Shown: positions 8,679 through 18,700 of the stretch, piece after piece | Numbering within the stretch: position 1 is the first letter of the stretch | Layout: each line of letters opens with the position of its first letter | Notes under the pieces: model-generated | The model's input: the letters and a program-made list of their open reading frames with translations, nothing else | What the model was told of the DNA's origin: nothing | The model's database searches: none | Assembly (NCBI GenBank): GCA_037441385.1 | Contig: JBBISH010000052.1 | Location: 1-40,909 of the forward strand | DNA length: 40,909 nt | Origin: Myxococcales bacterium | GTDB taxonomy: Bacteria; Myxococcota_A; UBA9042 | Direction of reading: 5' to 3' | Translations under genes and position numbers: made by a program

Positions 8679-9719
8679 GTGCAGAGCGCCCCCAACGACG
8701 CCTATCACGACTACTTGCGCGCGTGTCGCGCCGTGGTGCGAACCGAGATCGAACGGCTGATTCCCAGTGAGGGCCCGTACTTCGAGCCACTCTACCGCGC
8801 AGTCCGGGACTACCCGCTGCGCCATGGCAAGGGATTTCGGCCGGCGCTGTGCCTGGCGACTTGTCGCGCTCTTGGCGGCCAACTGGCCCACGCGCAGACG
8901 ACGGCAGCGGTGTTGGAGCTCTACCACAACGCGTTCTTGATTCACGACGACATCGAGGACGGGTCGCTGTTGCGCCGTGGCACGCCAACACTGCACGCCG
9001 CCTACGGAATCCCAGCGGCGATCAACGTCGGCGATGCTCTGCTGGCAATCACCATCGAACCGCTGCTCGACAATTTGCGTACGGTGGGGGTGGGCAAGGC
9101 CCTGCGGGTCCTGCGGTCGGTCGCCCAGATGGCACGCGAGACCGCCGAAGGGCAAGCCCTTGAGCTGCATTGGATTGCCCACGGCGACTACCGCGGCGGC
9201 GACGCGGACTACGAACTGCTGGTTTGGAAGAAGACCACTTGGTACACGTTCTTGGCGCCCATGCAACTGGGTGGGTTGCTGGCCGGCGCAGAACCGCCTG
9301 TCATTGAACAGCTGGGCGCGTGTGCTCGGCAGCTTGGGCTGGCGTTCCAAATCCAAGACGACGTGTTGAACCTGGACCCCACCGCCACGGGCTACGGAAA
9401 GGAGCTGGATGGCGACCTGTGGGAGGGCAAGCACACACTGATTCTGCTGCATGCGCTGCGGGTTGCGACCGATGCCGCGCGGGGCAGGGCCGTGGACATC
9501 TTGCGCCGGCCACGCGCCGAGAAGACTGCCGAGGACGTTGCCTTTCTCAAGGACCTAGTGCATCGTGGCGACAGCTTGAACTACGCCAGAAAGCGTGCGC
9601 GCGAGGCGGCAGAACAGGCAGGGCTCGAGCTGGCTGGGCTGGAGTCGGCCCTAAAGCCAGGGATCCATCGGGAATTCCTGGTGGCGCTTGCGCGCGACGT
9701 GTGCGAGCGACCCGCTTAG
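8679..9719 (+). CDS. Polyprenyl diphosphate synthase family protein (GGPP-synthase-like)
   Basis: GKGFRP, FARM LIHDDIED followed by RRG, GQALEL, KKT, second motif FQIQDDVLN, DLWEGKHTL. Confidence 0.93.
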   Translation: MQSAPNDAYHDYLRACRAVVRTEIERLIPSEGPYFEPLYRAVRDYPLRHGKGFRPALCLATCRALGGQLAHAQTTAAVLELYHNAFLIHDDIEDGSLLRRGTPTLHAAYGIPAAINVGDALLAITIEPLLDNLRTVGVGKALRVLRSVAQMARETAEGQALELHWIAHGDYRGGDADYELLVWKKTTWYTFLAPMQLGGLLAGAEPPVIEQLGACARQLGLAFQIQDDVLNLDPTATGYGKELDGDLWEGKHTLILLHALRVATDAARGRAVDILRRPRAEKTAEDVAFLKDLVHRGDSLNYARKRAREAAEQAGLELAGLESALKPGIHREFLVALARDVCERPA

Positions 9720-9798
9720 CGGCTGGAGCCATGGTCTTTGCCGATGTGGCGCGACTGGGAGCCGCAGACGAACGAAGAGGGGCACGAAGGAGGCGATC

Positions 9799-10527
9799 GT
9801 GGCTCATGCAGAGGGGATCTTGGGAGATCAGGCGCGCGACTTGGCCTTGCGTCAGATTGCGCTGTTCTTGAAAGGAGTTCACACCATGAAGACGGGTCGA
9901 GGGGCGTGCGGTTGTGCTTGTGGCTGTGGTGGCACCATCCACAAGGGTTTGGCGGACTTGGGCTATGACCTGACGCGGATTGCCACCTACAACGCCAACT
10001 TGGTCGCGTCGCTGCTGATGCCGCAGGCATGCCGCACGCCGGCCTCTGGCGCTCCAGCAGGGGCCCAAGACCAGTGTGCTTGCGGGCTGGAAATCTTCCG
10101 TGCTGAAGAGGTCATCACGGTGGAAAGTGGCGGCACGGCGCGGGTGACGGTCCAGAACACCACTGGAGCGGTGATGAGCGTGGGCATGTCGGTGACGCCG
10201 GCGCGCAAGAGGAACACACTGTCGTCGAGCCCCGATGCCGGGGAGCAAGTCGACATCGAGCTTCAGGGCAGTTCAGTGGGGGGCGCCTCGCCCAGTTTTG
10301 CCGATCTGTCGCTGCCTTTTGTGCTGCAGGCCGGCGAGAGCAAGATTCTGAACCTCAAGCTGACCCTCCACTCGGCCACCGCCAAGGCGAGCAAATCGGC
10401 TGGCTCGAAGTCTTTGTTCCGCACCCTTGTCACCTTTGAGACGGACAGTGGCACCTCTGAGAACCTCAGTGGCGACTTTGAGAACCTCAGGGGCAGGCGC
10501 TCGCTGCCGATCGACGTCGCTGCGTGA
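9799..10527 (+). CDS. Hypothetical protein with a Cys-rich segment (CGCACGC) and a beta-rich, possibly Ig-like, C-terminal region
   Basis: GTG 9799 follows AAGGAGG; an alternative in-frame ATG at 9886 follows AAAGGAG. The stop overlaps the next start (GTGA). Confidence 0.7.
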   Translation: MAHAEGILGDQARDLALRQIALFLKGVHTMKTGRGACGCACGCGGTIHKGLADLGYDLTRIATYNANLVASLLMPQACRTPASGAPAGAQDQCACGLEIFRAEEVITVESGGTARVTVQNTTGAVMSVGMSVTPARKRNTLSSSPDAGEQVDIELQGSSVGGASPSFADLSLPFVLQAGESKILNLKLTLHSATAKASKSAGSKSLFRTLVTFETDSGTSENLSGDFENLRGRRSLPIDVAA

Positions 10528-10886
10528 GTCAGCCCACCGCGGCGACACCGGGCCAGCCGTCCGCCGATCCGGCGCTGGCGGGGCTGCGCACTTTGCGTCA
10601 GGTGGCGCTGAAGCACCCGCGGGCCCTGCAAGAGCTTTTTGACGCCTTGGCGCGCGAGGGGCGGGCCTATGCCCAGACGGCCGAAGGGGCGGTCGTGGCG
10701 CAAAAGCTGAGCACGCGCGAGGGGATACGGCGAGCCCGCGCGGTGTGGACCGTGGCGACCTTGGGGCTGGCCGACGAGGTGCCTGCCCCGGATGGGGCCT
10801 TGCCCAGTTCGTTGGTCGACGCCGTGGCCATAGCCGCTGCGGCCGGCGAGCTCGAAGCGCTGCTCGCGCAGCTCGATCACGGGTGA
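10524..10886 (+). CDS. Hypothetical helical protein
   Basis: Translationally coupled (GTGA overlap); protein-like composition (LKHP...REGRAYAQTAEG...VWTVATLG...LPSSLVDA). Confidence 0.75.
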   Translation: MSQPTAATPGQPSADPALAGLRTLRQVALKHPRALQELFDALAREGRAYAQTAEGAVVAQKLSTREGIRRARAVWTVATLGLADEVPAPDGALPSSLVDAVAIAAAAGELEALLAQLDHG

Positions 10887-10892
10887 CGCCGG

Positions 10893-11195
10893 ATGGACGA
10901 TCCCCGCTTGACCGCGCCCGCTGCCTGGCAGCACGACGACAGGTCGCGCTGGAACGCGGCGTTGCTGGGGCTGTTTTCGCTGCACCGCCAAGCCGAAGTG
11001 CTGATCGCCAGCTTGCCAGACGGCGAGCCCCAGAGCCTGAACCCCCAAGATCGGCGGGCGGTTGAGGCCACTCTTGGCACCATCGCCGTGCTGCGGCGGG
11101 TGGCGATGGGCTTGGCCCAGACGGCCGAGGGGCCCGAGCCGGTGCAGCCACTGCAAGTGGAAGTCGCTAAACCATTTTCGAGCTGGAAGCGGTAG
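10893..11195 (+). CDS. Small hypothetical protein
   Basis: Fills the operon with gaps of 6 and 3 bp; amphipathic helices. Confidence 0.65.
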   Translation: MDDPRLTAPAAWQHDDRSRWNAALLGLFSLHRQAEVLIASLPDGEPQSLNPQDRRAVEATLGTIAVLRRVAMGLAQTAEGPEPVQPLQVEVAKPFSSWKR

Positions 11196-11198
11196 GCC

Positions 11199-12215
11199 AT
11201 GCTGGCGTCGCGCTTGGCCGCTCTGGACCATGTACGCCGGTCGCCACGGCTTTTTGGTGGGCCGCCCGGGCACAAAGAGTGGCTGCACCTATGCGTGCGA
11301 CGCGGCCCCCTGACGCTGCTGGTCAATTTCAGCTTGGTCGACACGCCGCAGGCCGCTGGCAAGTGGCGCGAGGCTGCGCGCGTGGTCGCCCTGGTCCACG
11401 AAGGCGAGTGGTACGGCGAAGTGTTGACGGTTGACCCCAAGGAAGTGCGCGTGGCCAGTGGGCGCGTGGATCTGCAATTTGGTATTCAGTTCATGCGCTT
11501 GGTGCGCGACGAGTTGTGCGTGCACTGTGACTTGCCTGGGGGATTGGCGATCGACCTGCGCTGTGTGCCCCAGGCCACGCCGATCTTGCTGCGGCCAGCC
11601 GAAGGTGGCCCCCCCGTGCACTGGGTGGCGGTACCGCGGCTGCTGGCGAGCGGCGTGGTCACGGCGGGCGGAAAAACCTGGAATTTGAACGAGGTGCCGG
11701 CCTACCACGACCACAATTGGGGGCCGTGGCAATGGGGCGACAGTTTTGCCTGGCAGTGGGCCTACGCTCTGCCCGCGGCCAGAAACCAGTTGTGGCACGC
11801 GCTGTTTCTGCGGATGCAAGACGGCGGGCGCGGCCAAACCACCGCGCAGGCGCTGTCGATTTGGCGCGATGGGGTCGAGCGTCGGGTGTTTCGCGACGGC
11901 GAGCTGCGGGTGTGGGGCGAGGGTCAGGCGCCGGGCGAGTGGTGGCCAAAATTCCCTAGCGTTTTGGCCCTAGTTTTGGACGAAGCCACCGGCGACGTGC
12001 CGGCGCGGCTGTGCGTCGAGGCCCGCTGGCGCGACGACTACGTCAAAGGGGCTTTCTCGATCCACAGCGTCGCCGTGCTGGGCGTGCCGCGCGACACCGA
12101 CCTTGGGGTGACCCGTATCCACGAGTGCGCAGCAACCCTTTGTCTTGACGGACAGATTTCCGGCGAGCCGCTGCACATGGAGGCCGAAAGTGTGGTCGAA
12201 TTCCTCGTCCCCTAA
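11199..12215 (+). CDS. CrtC/AttH/tocopherol-cyclase-like beta-barrel protein (putative hydratase/cyclase)
   Basis: N-terminal KEW motif and AYHDHNWG...FAWQW motif, characteristic of the CrtC/tocopherol cyclase/AttH-like superfamily. Confidence 0.65.
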   Translation: MLASRLAALDHVRRSPRLFGGPPGHKEWLHLCVRRGPLTLLVNFSLVDTPQAAGKWREAARVVALVHEGEWYGEVLTVDPKEVRVASGRVDLQFGIQFMRLVRDELCVHCDLPGGLAIDLRCVPQATPILLRPAEGGPPVHWVAVPRLLASGVVTAGGKTWNLNEVPAYHDHNWGPWQWGDSFAWQWAYALPAARNQLWHALFLRMQDGGRGQTTAQALSIWRDGVERRVFRDGELRVWGEGQAPGEWWPKFPSVLALVLDEATGDVPARLCVEARWRDDYVKGAFSIHSVAVLGVPRDTDLGVTRIHECAATLCLDGQISGEPLHMEAESVVEFLVP

Positions 12216-12708
12216 GCGGTCGCCGGCGCCGCGCAACCCAGAGGCGGGCTTTGGTGCCCTAATCGAAGAGTCGCTGACGGCGCTGCGAATTGGCCAACCG
12301 CGGGCCTGGGTTGGGCTGTGCGCCGCCCTGGATGGGCGGGTGCTGGCGCTGACGGTCGACGGCGAGACCTGGCGGGTGGGTGGGCCCGGCGAGGCGGTGG
12401 CGGTGCGGCAAGGGGCGGGCGCGGCTGTAGCCAGGCTGACTACGACGGGGGCCTGTCTCTTGGATCTGGTCGATGGCCGGAGTACGCTGCTGGACGCACT
12501 ACTCAGCGAGCGGATGCTCCTTGTGGGGCCCGTCGACGAATGTTTACGATTTTTCGACGCTTGGCGCATCTACCTGCTGGGAGCTGTGCGCAGCGATGCC
12601 TGTGCAGTGCTGCTTGCTCGCTACCGCGCAACGGTGGTCGCAGGCCAAGGGGGGGATCGGTGGCTAACCGAAAAGTGGCGATCTTTGGGGGCGGCATCTC
12701 GGGTTTGA
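12190..12708 (+). CDS. SCP2 sterol-carrier-like protein
   Basis: LLDLVDGRSTLLDALLSERMLLVG resembles the SCP2 C-terminal motif. GTG 12190 follows GGAGG; overlaps both neighbours. Confidence 0.55.
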   Translation: MWSNSSSPKRSPAPRNPEAGFGALIEESLTALRIGQPRAWVGLCAALDGRVLALTVDGETWRVGGPGEAVAVRQGAGAAVARLTTTGACLLDLVDGRSTLLDALLSERMLLVGPVDECLRFFDAWRIYLLGAVRSDACAVLLARYRATVVAGQGGDRWLTEKWRSLGAASRV

Positions 12709-15698
12709 CGGCGGCGCACGAACTGATCGAGCGGGGCTTCGAGGTGCATGTCTACGAACGGCTGCCGCGAGTGGGCGGCATGGCCCGGACGCAGCAGGCT
12801 TCGGTCCCGCCGGCAGCATTGCCCGAGCCGACGCCGCCCCCGCCGCTCGCGCCGCTGCAACGGGCTGTGCGCTGGCGCGAGGAGCCTTTGGCGGTGCAGC
12901 CGGTGGTGCGCAAGGACGGGCGGCTGCTCGTTGCGCGCCAAGGGGTGGCCGAGTGGGATCTGGCGACCGGCAAGTGGATCAAGACCTATGGCGGCTACGA
13001 TCTGTACAGCCATGTGGCCTTTGCGCAGCCAGCAGGAAGCTTCTTTGCGGTGCGCGGTTCGCAGCAGCTTTGGCGCTGGCAGGGCTCGTGGACCAAGGTC
13101 GCCGACTTGCCGGGCGCCTGCGTAGCGCTGTCGGTGGGCAAGAAAGGTGCGCCCTTGGTGGCGGTTGCGGTGCTGCCGGTGCCGGATGATGCGGCCCAGC
13201 CCCCGATCAAGGTCATCTCCAAGCCTGGGACGTTCGAACGGGCGCCCGACCCCACCTGGGAAGATCGGTGCGCGCTCAGCAAGCTTCGGGCCTGCTTTGA
13301 TGCCCAGGACAGGCTTTGGCAAAGTCGCGACGACGTCTTGGTCAGCCCGTCCGGCGCACCATCGCCGCCGGTCCCCGCTCCCACCTCCAACACGGGCGAT
13401 TTCAGTGTGATCGAGTGCCTTTCCGCCACCGCGACCGGCGTGGCGTTCGGTGGCCTCGGTCAGGTGGGCACGTGGGACGGAAATGGACAAAACGCGGCCA
13501 CTTGCACCCAGGTCGCCGGCGCCTGCTTCACCGCCGTGCGCGAAGTCGGCGACGCCGCAACCGGGGGCCCGGTGCTCTGGGCCGGCACCTCGGACGGGCG
13601 TTGGTACAAGGTCCACGCCAACAGCGCTACGTCGCTGGGCCAATTGCCCAACCAGGACCGCATCGTCGATCTGTGGCCCGACCCAACCTCTGCCGATCGC
13701 ACCTGGCTCGCTTGGCGCGACCGCCACACGGGCGAAGTGCGTGTTGGCCAGTTCGAAGACGCTTCGGCGACGAACCTGCGCGAGGTCGAGAGGACGCCGC
13801 GGCGCATGCTGCCCGGCGAGCACGGCTTTCGGTTTTTCCCGTCGTATTACCTGCACCTGAACGACACGCTCTCGCGCGTTCCCTTGGGCGATGGCACACC
13901 GCGCACCGCAATCGACTTGTTGCGCCCCACCCTGCGCCAGGGCATCGGTGCGGCGGATGGACGGCAGCCGTATGTATTCCATCGCGATTCGTCGCTGTCG
14001 TCGCAAGAGATGGTCGACACGCTGTATTCCGCCCTGGCCGGCTTGGACTATACGGCCCGCGATATCGCCCGCTTCCAGCTCAAGGTGTTCCAATTCATGA
14101 CCACCTGCTGGCAGCGGCGCCTGGACTTGGACGGGCAGTCGTGGTGGGACTTTGTCGGCGGCGATGCGTTCTCCAAGCGAGCCCAAGACGACATCCAGGG
14201 CATCCCCAAGGTGCTGGTGGCCGTGGACGCCAAGCAGGCCGACGCCCACAGCCAGGGCGCTACCTTTGTGCAATTGCTCGCGGATCAGGCCGCCGGCAGC
14301 GGCAGCGTCGACCGAGTCATGGCCGGGCCGATCAGCGACGGCTGGCTGGACCCATGGCAACGCTGGCTGACCAAGAAGGGCGTCCAGTTCCACCATGGCT
14401 ATGAACTGACCCGATTCGGCTTGGCCCAAGATCCGTCTGGCGGGACCGCCGGGCCGTGGGTGGCCCACCTAGAGCCGACCGACCACAGCGACAGTCCGGT
14501 CCCCGCCATCGGCCCGGTCGCCGCGGACTACTTCGTGTTGGCGCTGCAGCCGAGCGTGCTGGCCAGGGTGGTCCGCGCAACCGCGGCCGAGACCCCGACC
14601 TGGAAGCCGACGGGCGACCTTGAAAAGTGCCTGAATTTCCCGGTGCAGCGCACTACTGCGCGCATGTACGGCATTCAGTTCTTCCTGCCCGTGGACGTCA
14701 CGTTCCTGCGTGGGCACTTCTATTTCCCCACTTCGGCTTGGGGCCTGTCGTCGGTGTCGCAGGCGCAGTTTTCGCCCGTGGACATGGACGAGGCCTACGG
14801 GATCAAGGGTATTTTGTCTGTGATCATTGGGGATTGGGATACGCCCGCGCGGGACGCGCCGCCCAGTCGCGAGCCCCACTGGTGGTCGCGCACGGCGATT
14901 CCAGGCAAGACGGCCCGCCAGTGCACGCCCGAGGAGATCGCCCAAGAGACTTGGCGGCAGGTCCACGCGTCTGTGTGCGGCGGCCACGTGCACGGGCTCG
15001 CGCCGCTCCTCGAGCACACTGACACGTTGCCCTGGCCGCTTGCCTATCATCTCGACGAGTTTGTGCACAACGGCTCCCAAGCCAAGGACCCTGTCAAGCT
15101 GCGCGAGGGCTACCTGATCAACACCACCGACACGTGGGAGCTGCGGCCGGGGGACCTGGACGGACCGGGTTACGCGCTGGTCGACGGCGTGTTCACCGTG
15201 GCCGGCAACCTGCCGCGCACCTTTACCCGCGTCGCGACGATGGAATCGGCCAACGAGTCGGCGCGGCGGGCCGTCAACGCCATCCTGAGCGATCCGGCGA
15301 GCCAATTCTACGGCGAGCTGTGCGCTTTGTGGCCCATGGAAGAGCGCGAACCCCGTGATCTCCAAGCTTTGAAGCGCCTGGACGAGATGCTCCACGGCAT
15401 GGGCCTGCCGCACATGTTCGACATCTTGGATGTGTGGCAGTGGATCGATCAGTTGATGGCGCACGCCCCAGGCGAGTCGGCCGAGGATCTGTTCGCCCGC
15501 TACGGGCTACCCCCGATCCTTGCAGAATGGCTTGAAAAAGACTGGTTGGTGCGCGACCACCACCAGCGCCCGCGCTACCAGCGCGAGAGGACGCGACCCG
15601 TCGAGGCGGGGCGCCGCGCCAGTGAGCCCCCTGAAAAAGCGGCAGTTTCGGCGATCGTCAGCAGCCTGGTTCGCCTGTCCACGGCCAAGGCGCTGTAG
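12660..15698 (+). CDS. FAD-dependent oxidoreductase (carotenoid desaturase/amine oxidase-like) with a large beta-rich insertion
   Basis: KVAIFGGGISGLTAAHEL...VYE...VGGMAR dinucleotide-binding start, LPGEHGFRFFPSYY, C-terminal VAGN...ATMESANESARRAVNAIL. GTG start at 12660. Confidence 0.88.
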   Translation: MANRKVAIFGGGISGLTAAHELIERGFEVHVYERLPRVGGMARTQQASVPPAALPEPTPPPPLAPLQRAVRWREEPLAVQPVVRKDGRLLVARQGVAEWDLATGKWIKTYGGYDLYSHVAFAQPAGSFFAVRGSQQLWRWQGSWTKVADLPGACVALSVGKKGAPLVAVAVLPVPDDAAQPPIKVISKPGTFERAPDPTWEDRCALSKLRACFDAQDRLWQSRDDVLVSPSGAPSPPVPAPTSNTGDFSVIECLSATATGVAFGGLGQVGTWDGNGQNAATCTQVAGACFTAVREVGDAATGGPVLWAGTSDGRWYKVHANSATSLGQLPNQDRIVDLWPDPTSADRTWLAWRDRHTGEVRVGQFEDASATNLREVERTPRRMLPGEHGFRFFPSYYLHLNDTLSRVPLGDGTPRTAIDLLRPTLRQGIGAADGRQPYVFHRDSSLSSQEMVDTLYSALAGLDYTARDIARFQLKVFQFMTTCWQRRLDLDGQSWWDFVGGDAFSKRAQDDIQGIPKVLVAVDAKQADAHSQGATFVQLLADQAAGSGSVDRVMAGPISDGWLDPWQRWLTKKGVQFHHGYELTRFGLAQDPSGGTAGPWVAHLEPTDHSDSPVPAIGPVAADYFVLALQPSVLARVVRATAAETPTWKPTGDLEKCLNFPVQRTTARMYGIQFFLPVDVTFLRGHFYFPTSAWGLSSVSQAQFSPVDMDEAYGIKGILSVIIGDWDTPARDAPPSREPHWWSRTAIPGKTARQCTPEEIAQETWRQVHASVCGGHVHGLAPLLEHTDTLPWPLAYHLDEFVHNGSQAKDPVKLREGYLINTTDTWELRPGDLDGPGYALVDGVFTVAGNLPRTFTRVATMESANESARRAVNAILSDPASQFYGELCALWPMEEREPRDLQALKRLDEMLHGMGLPHMFDILDVWQWIDQLMAHAPGESAEDLFARYGLPPILAEWLEKDWLVRDHHQRPRYQRERTRPVEAGRRASEPPEKAAVSAIVSSLVRLSTAKAL

Positions 15699-15769
15699 CG
15701 GCTTTTGCCTCACAACCTTAGCGTGTGCCGGGCAGAATGGCGGACTTGGGACAGCCGCCACCGAGCGGA

Positions 15770-18700
15770 TCAGTTTGGATCTTCTGCGCGCATCGGAGCT
15801 GCGCCGCGCTCCAGATCCTGGATCGGGATCCCTGGTAGCAGCATGTGGGCCATGGCCTGGGGCGCAACCACCCCAAGGGCGGCCACGGCAGTGCGCGCCG
15901 TCGCCATCGCGGCGCGGTCTTGGCGGCAGGTGGCCAGCGCCCAGCCCATCGCCGTGGCATGGAGCGCCAAGTCCAGGTCGCTGGCTTGCTGCGCGGTCTC
16001 CCCCAGGATCTGTGCGGCGGTTTGGCCGTCGCCCCCCTGCCAGGCGACGCCAGCGAGCAACCCGCCGCGAAACACTTGCGCCACGGCGACCGGCGACGTC
16101 GCCAGCTTGTTGGCCAGGGCCCGCACTTGGTTCAGGATCGCCTTGTTCTTTGCCGTGCGCCGCTGGGCAGCCTCGGCGAGCAAGATTCGCCCCTCCAAGT
16201 CGTACAATTCCGCGGCGATGAACTGCACGCGGTAGTAGGAGCCGCGGACGACCTTGGCGCGGTGTTCGTCGAACGTGTGGCGGGCGAGCGCGACCTGGCC
16301 CTGGTACAGCGCAGCCTGGCAGGCGGCAAGAACGTACTCGTAGGCATGGGTTTCTGGCGCGTTCTGCCACCACCAAGCCATCCGCGTATCGGCGTCGGCC
16401 TGCCAGCGGGCGGCGCCGTGGTCGGCAAGCCACAAGAGCGACCGCGGGCCAAGGTGTAGCCCTGTGGCCGCCAGTGTCGCCCCACGGCTGTCCTCTTCGG
16501 CGATCAGATCGGGCAGGCGCGTTCGCAGTTCGTCGAAGCGACCGAGGTAGGGCAGCGCCGACACCACGAACCCCTGACAGCTGCTGATTTCCCACGATAC
16601 TGCCCGGCATTGCGTGGCAAAGATGCGCGCGCCCTTGAGGCCCTGCTCGTAGGCGACCCGAAAGTGGCCGGCAAAATAGGCGAGCGAGCTTTTGCCCAAG
16701 GCCAGCCAGGCCGTCTCGTAGGGCTCTGGCGGGTCCAGGGCCAAGCCCTTGGCGGTCTCGAGCATGGCCTCGGCGCGGGCCACCCCGGCGTGGCCGCCGA
16801 GCATGCTGTGGTAGCAGGCCTCGTACGCCAGTGAGCGCAGGATCCGGCGGCGGTCCCCAAGGTCGAGCGCGCCACGCAGGTGCGCAACTCCCAGGGCATT
16901 GGCCTTGACGAAGTCGAGAAACGAGACACCCGTGGCAGCCGCCCACAGCGTGTCGAGGTAGCGCGCGTCCGTCGCGGGCAGTTCCCCATCTCGCAGCCGG
17001 AAGTCGAGGCCGCGCATCGCCAGCCGCGCCCGCTGCCACAGCATGTCGGCGATGGCCCGACCCCGTCCGCCCGGCAGGTGCCAGCCCACCTTGGCAAGGA
17101 CTTCGCGCAGCAGCCCCATCCCTTGGTCCACGCGGCCCACGCGCAGGTATTCCACGCTGGCGTTTTGCCGCATTTGCTCGGCCGTCGCCTCGCCCGCCAA
17201 GGGCTCGGCCAGCCGCGCCGCCTCGACCCAAGCGTCGGCCGCAAGGGCACCGCGACCACAGTCAGCCAAGGATTCGGCTTGACGCGCAAAGAGTTGCCAG
17301 CGTGGCAGGTCGGTTGCGCCCAGGGCAATGGCTTTGGCCCAGGCCGAGGCTGCCTGATCGAAGGCCAGGGCGGCAGACGCGCGCTCGGCGGCGAGTACCG
17401 CGTAGTGGCCGGCTTGCACCAGGTCGCCGGCGCCCTCCAGGTGGCGCAGGATCGGCTCGGGCAGCGGGTCCGCCTCGGCCTGCCAGGCCTTGGCCAAGGC
17501 CGCATGGAGCGCGGCAAGTTGTTCGGCGTCGAGTTCGGCCAACACCGCGTCGCCGACCCGATCGTGGTAGGGGAGCAGCGTCTGCCCTTCGCCGCCGAAA
17601 TTGAAGCGTACCAGACAGCGCTTGCGTAGAAGCTCTATGGAGTTATGCAGGCCCTCTAGCGTGCCGGGCAGCCGGCCCACCACGGCGCGCGGCACGGGCG
17701 CACCTGACACGGCGACCGCCTGCAGCACGGCCAATTCGGCCGCGTCCAGGCTGGAAGTCTGAACCGAGAGCAACTGAGCCAGCGGGCGTCCTTGCCAGGC
17801 GCTCTGCTGCACTTGGCTGGCGACCGTGGCGATTTGCCGCAGCAAGAATGGGCTGCCCCCCGCTTCGTCGATGGCGTGGCGCAGCCCTTCGATGGCTGCC
17901 GGATCGGCCGAAAGCAGCGATTGCTGTACCAGGGCGGTCGCGTCGTCGCCCCCAAGGGCCGTCAGCGCCATGGCGTGCCATTGGACGCGCGGCGTCGCCG
18001 CTTCCAGGCTATCCAGCCGCTGGACAAGCTCGGCATCGGGCCGGTGGCTGAGCACCAGCAGCAAGCGTGGAATGACCGGGTGGGCGAGCAGGCTGGCCAG
18101 CAGGTCCATGCTGTCGGCATCGGTCCATTGCCAGTCGTCGATCCAAACGACGGGCGTAGCCTCGCGCGCCAAGTCGGCGAACAAGGACGCCAGCGCCCCA
18201 AACGCGGCCCGGCGCCGTTCGGTGGGCTGCGGCGGTGCCGGCGCCCGCGGCCGTCGCCGCCAAATCGGCTCGCTCAACACCGGAAAGACCGAGGTCAGCG
18301 CCGCCAACTCGGCGGGCGCGATCGCCTGCAAGTCCGGATTGAACAGGCCCGCTTCCATCCGCCGGGCAAGCGATTCGACCAGCTCGTCAAAGGCTTTGAA
18401 GGGCAAGGTGACCATGGGGTGGCAGCGGCCTGCCAGCGCCACCACCTGATCCGTCGTCACGGCTTGCTGCAAGAAATGTCGGAGCAGCGCCGACTTGCCG
18501 ATCCCCGACGGCCCGGCCAGCCGCACCGCGACCGGGGTGCGCCCCGCGACTTCGAGCCAACTGCGCAAGTGCGCCAGTTCGCGTGCGCGCCCCACCAAGC
18601 CCACGGCGATGGCTTGGCTCGTGCGGAACGACGGCTGCGCAGGCCGAATTTGCCCAAGCCACCCGGCCACTTGTGGTGCGCCAAAGCGTCGCCGCGGATC

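Noticed and set aside
12792..13806. Intein as the explanation for the oxidoreductase insertion
   Set aside because: No N-terminal Cys/Ser block A, no C-terminal His-Asn followed by Cys/Ser/Thr, and no LAGLIDADG motifs.
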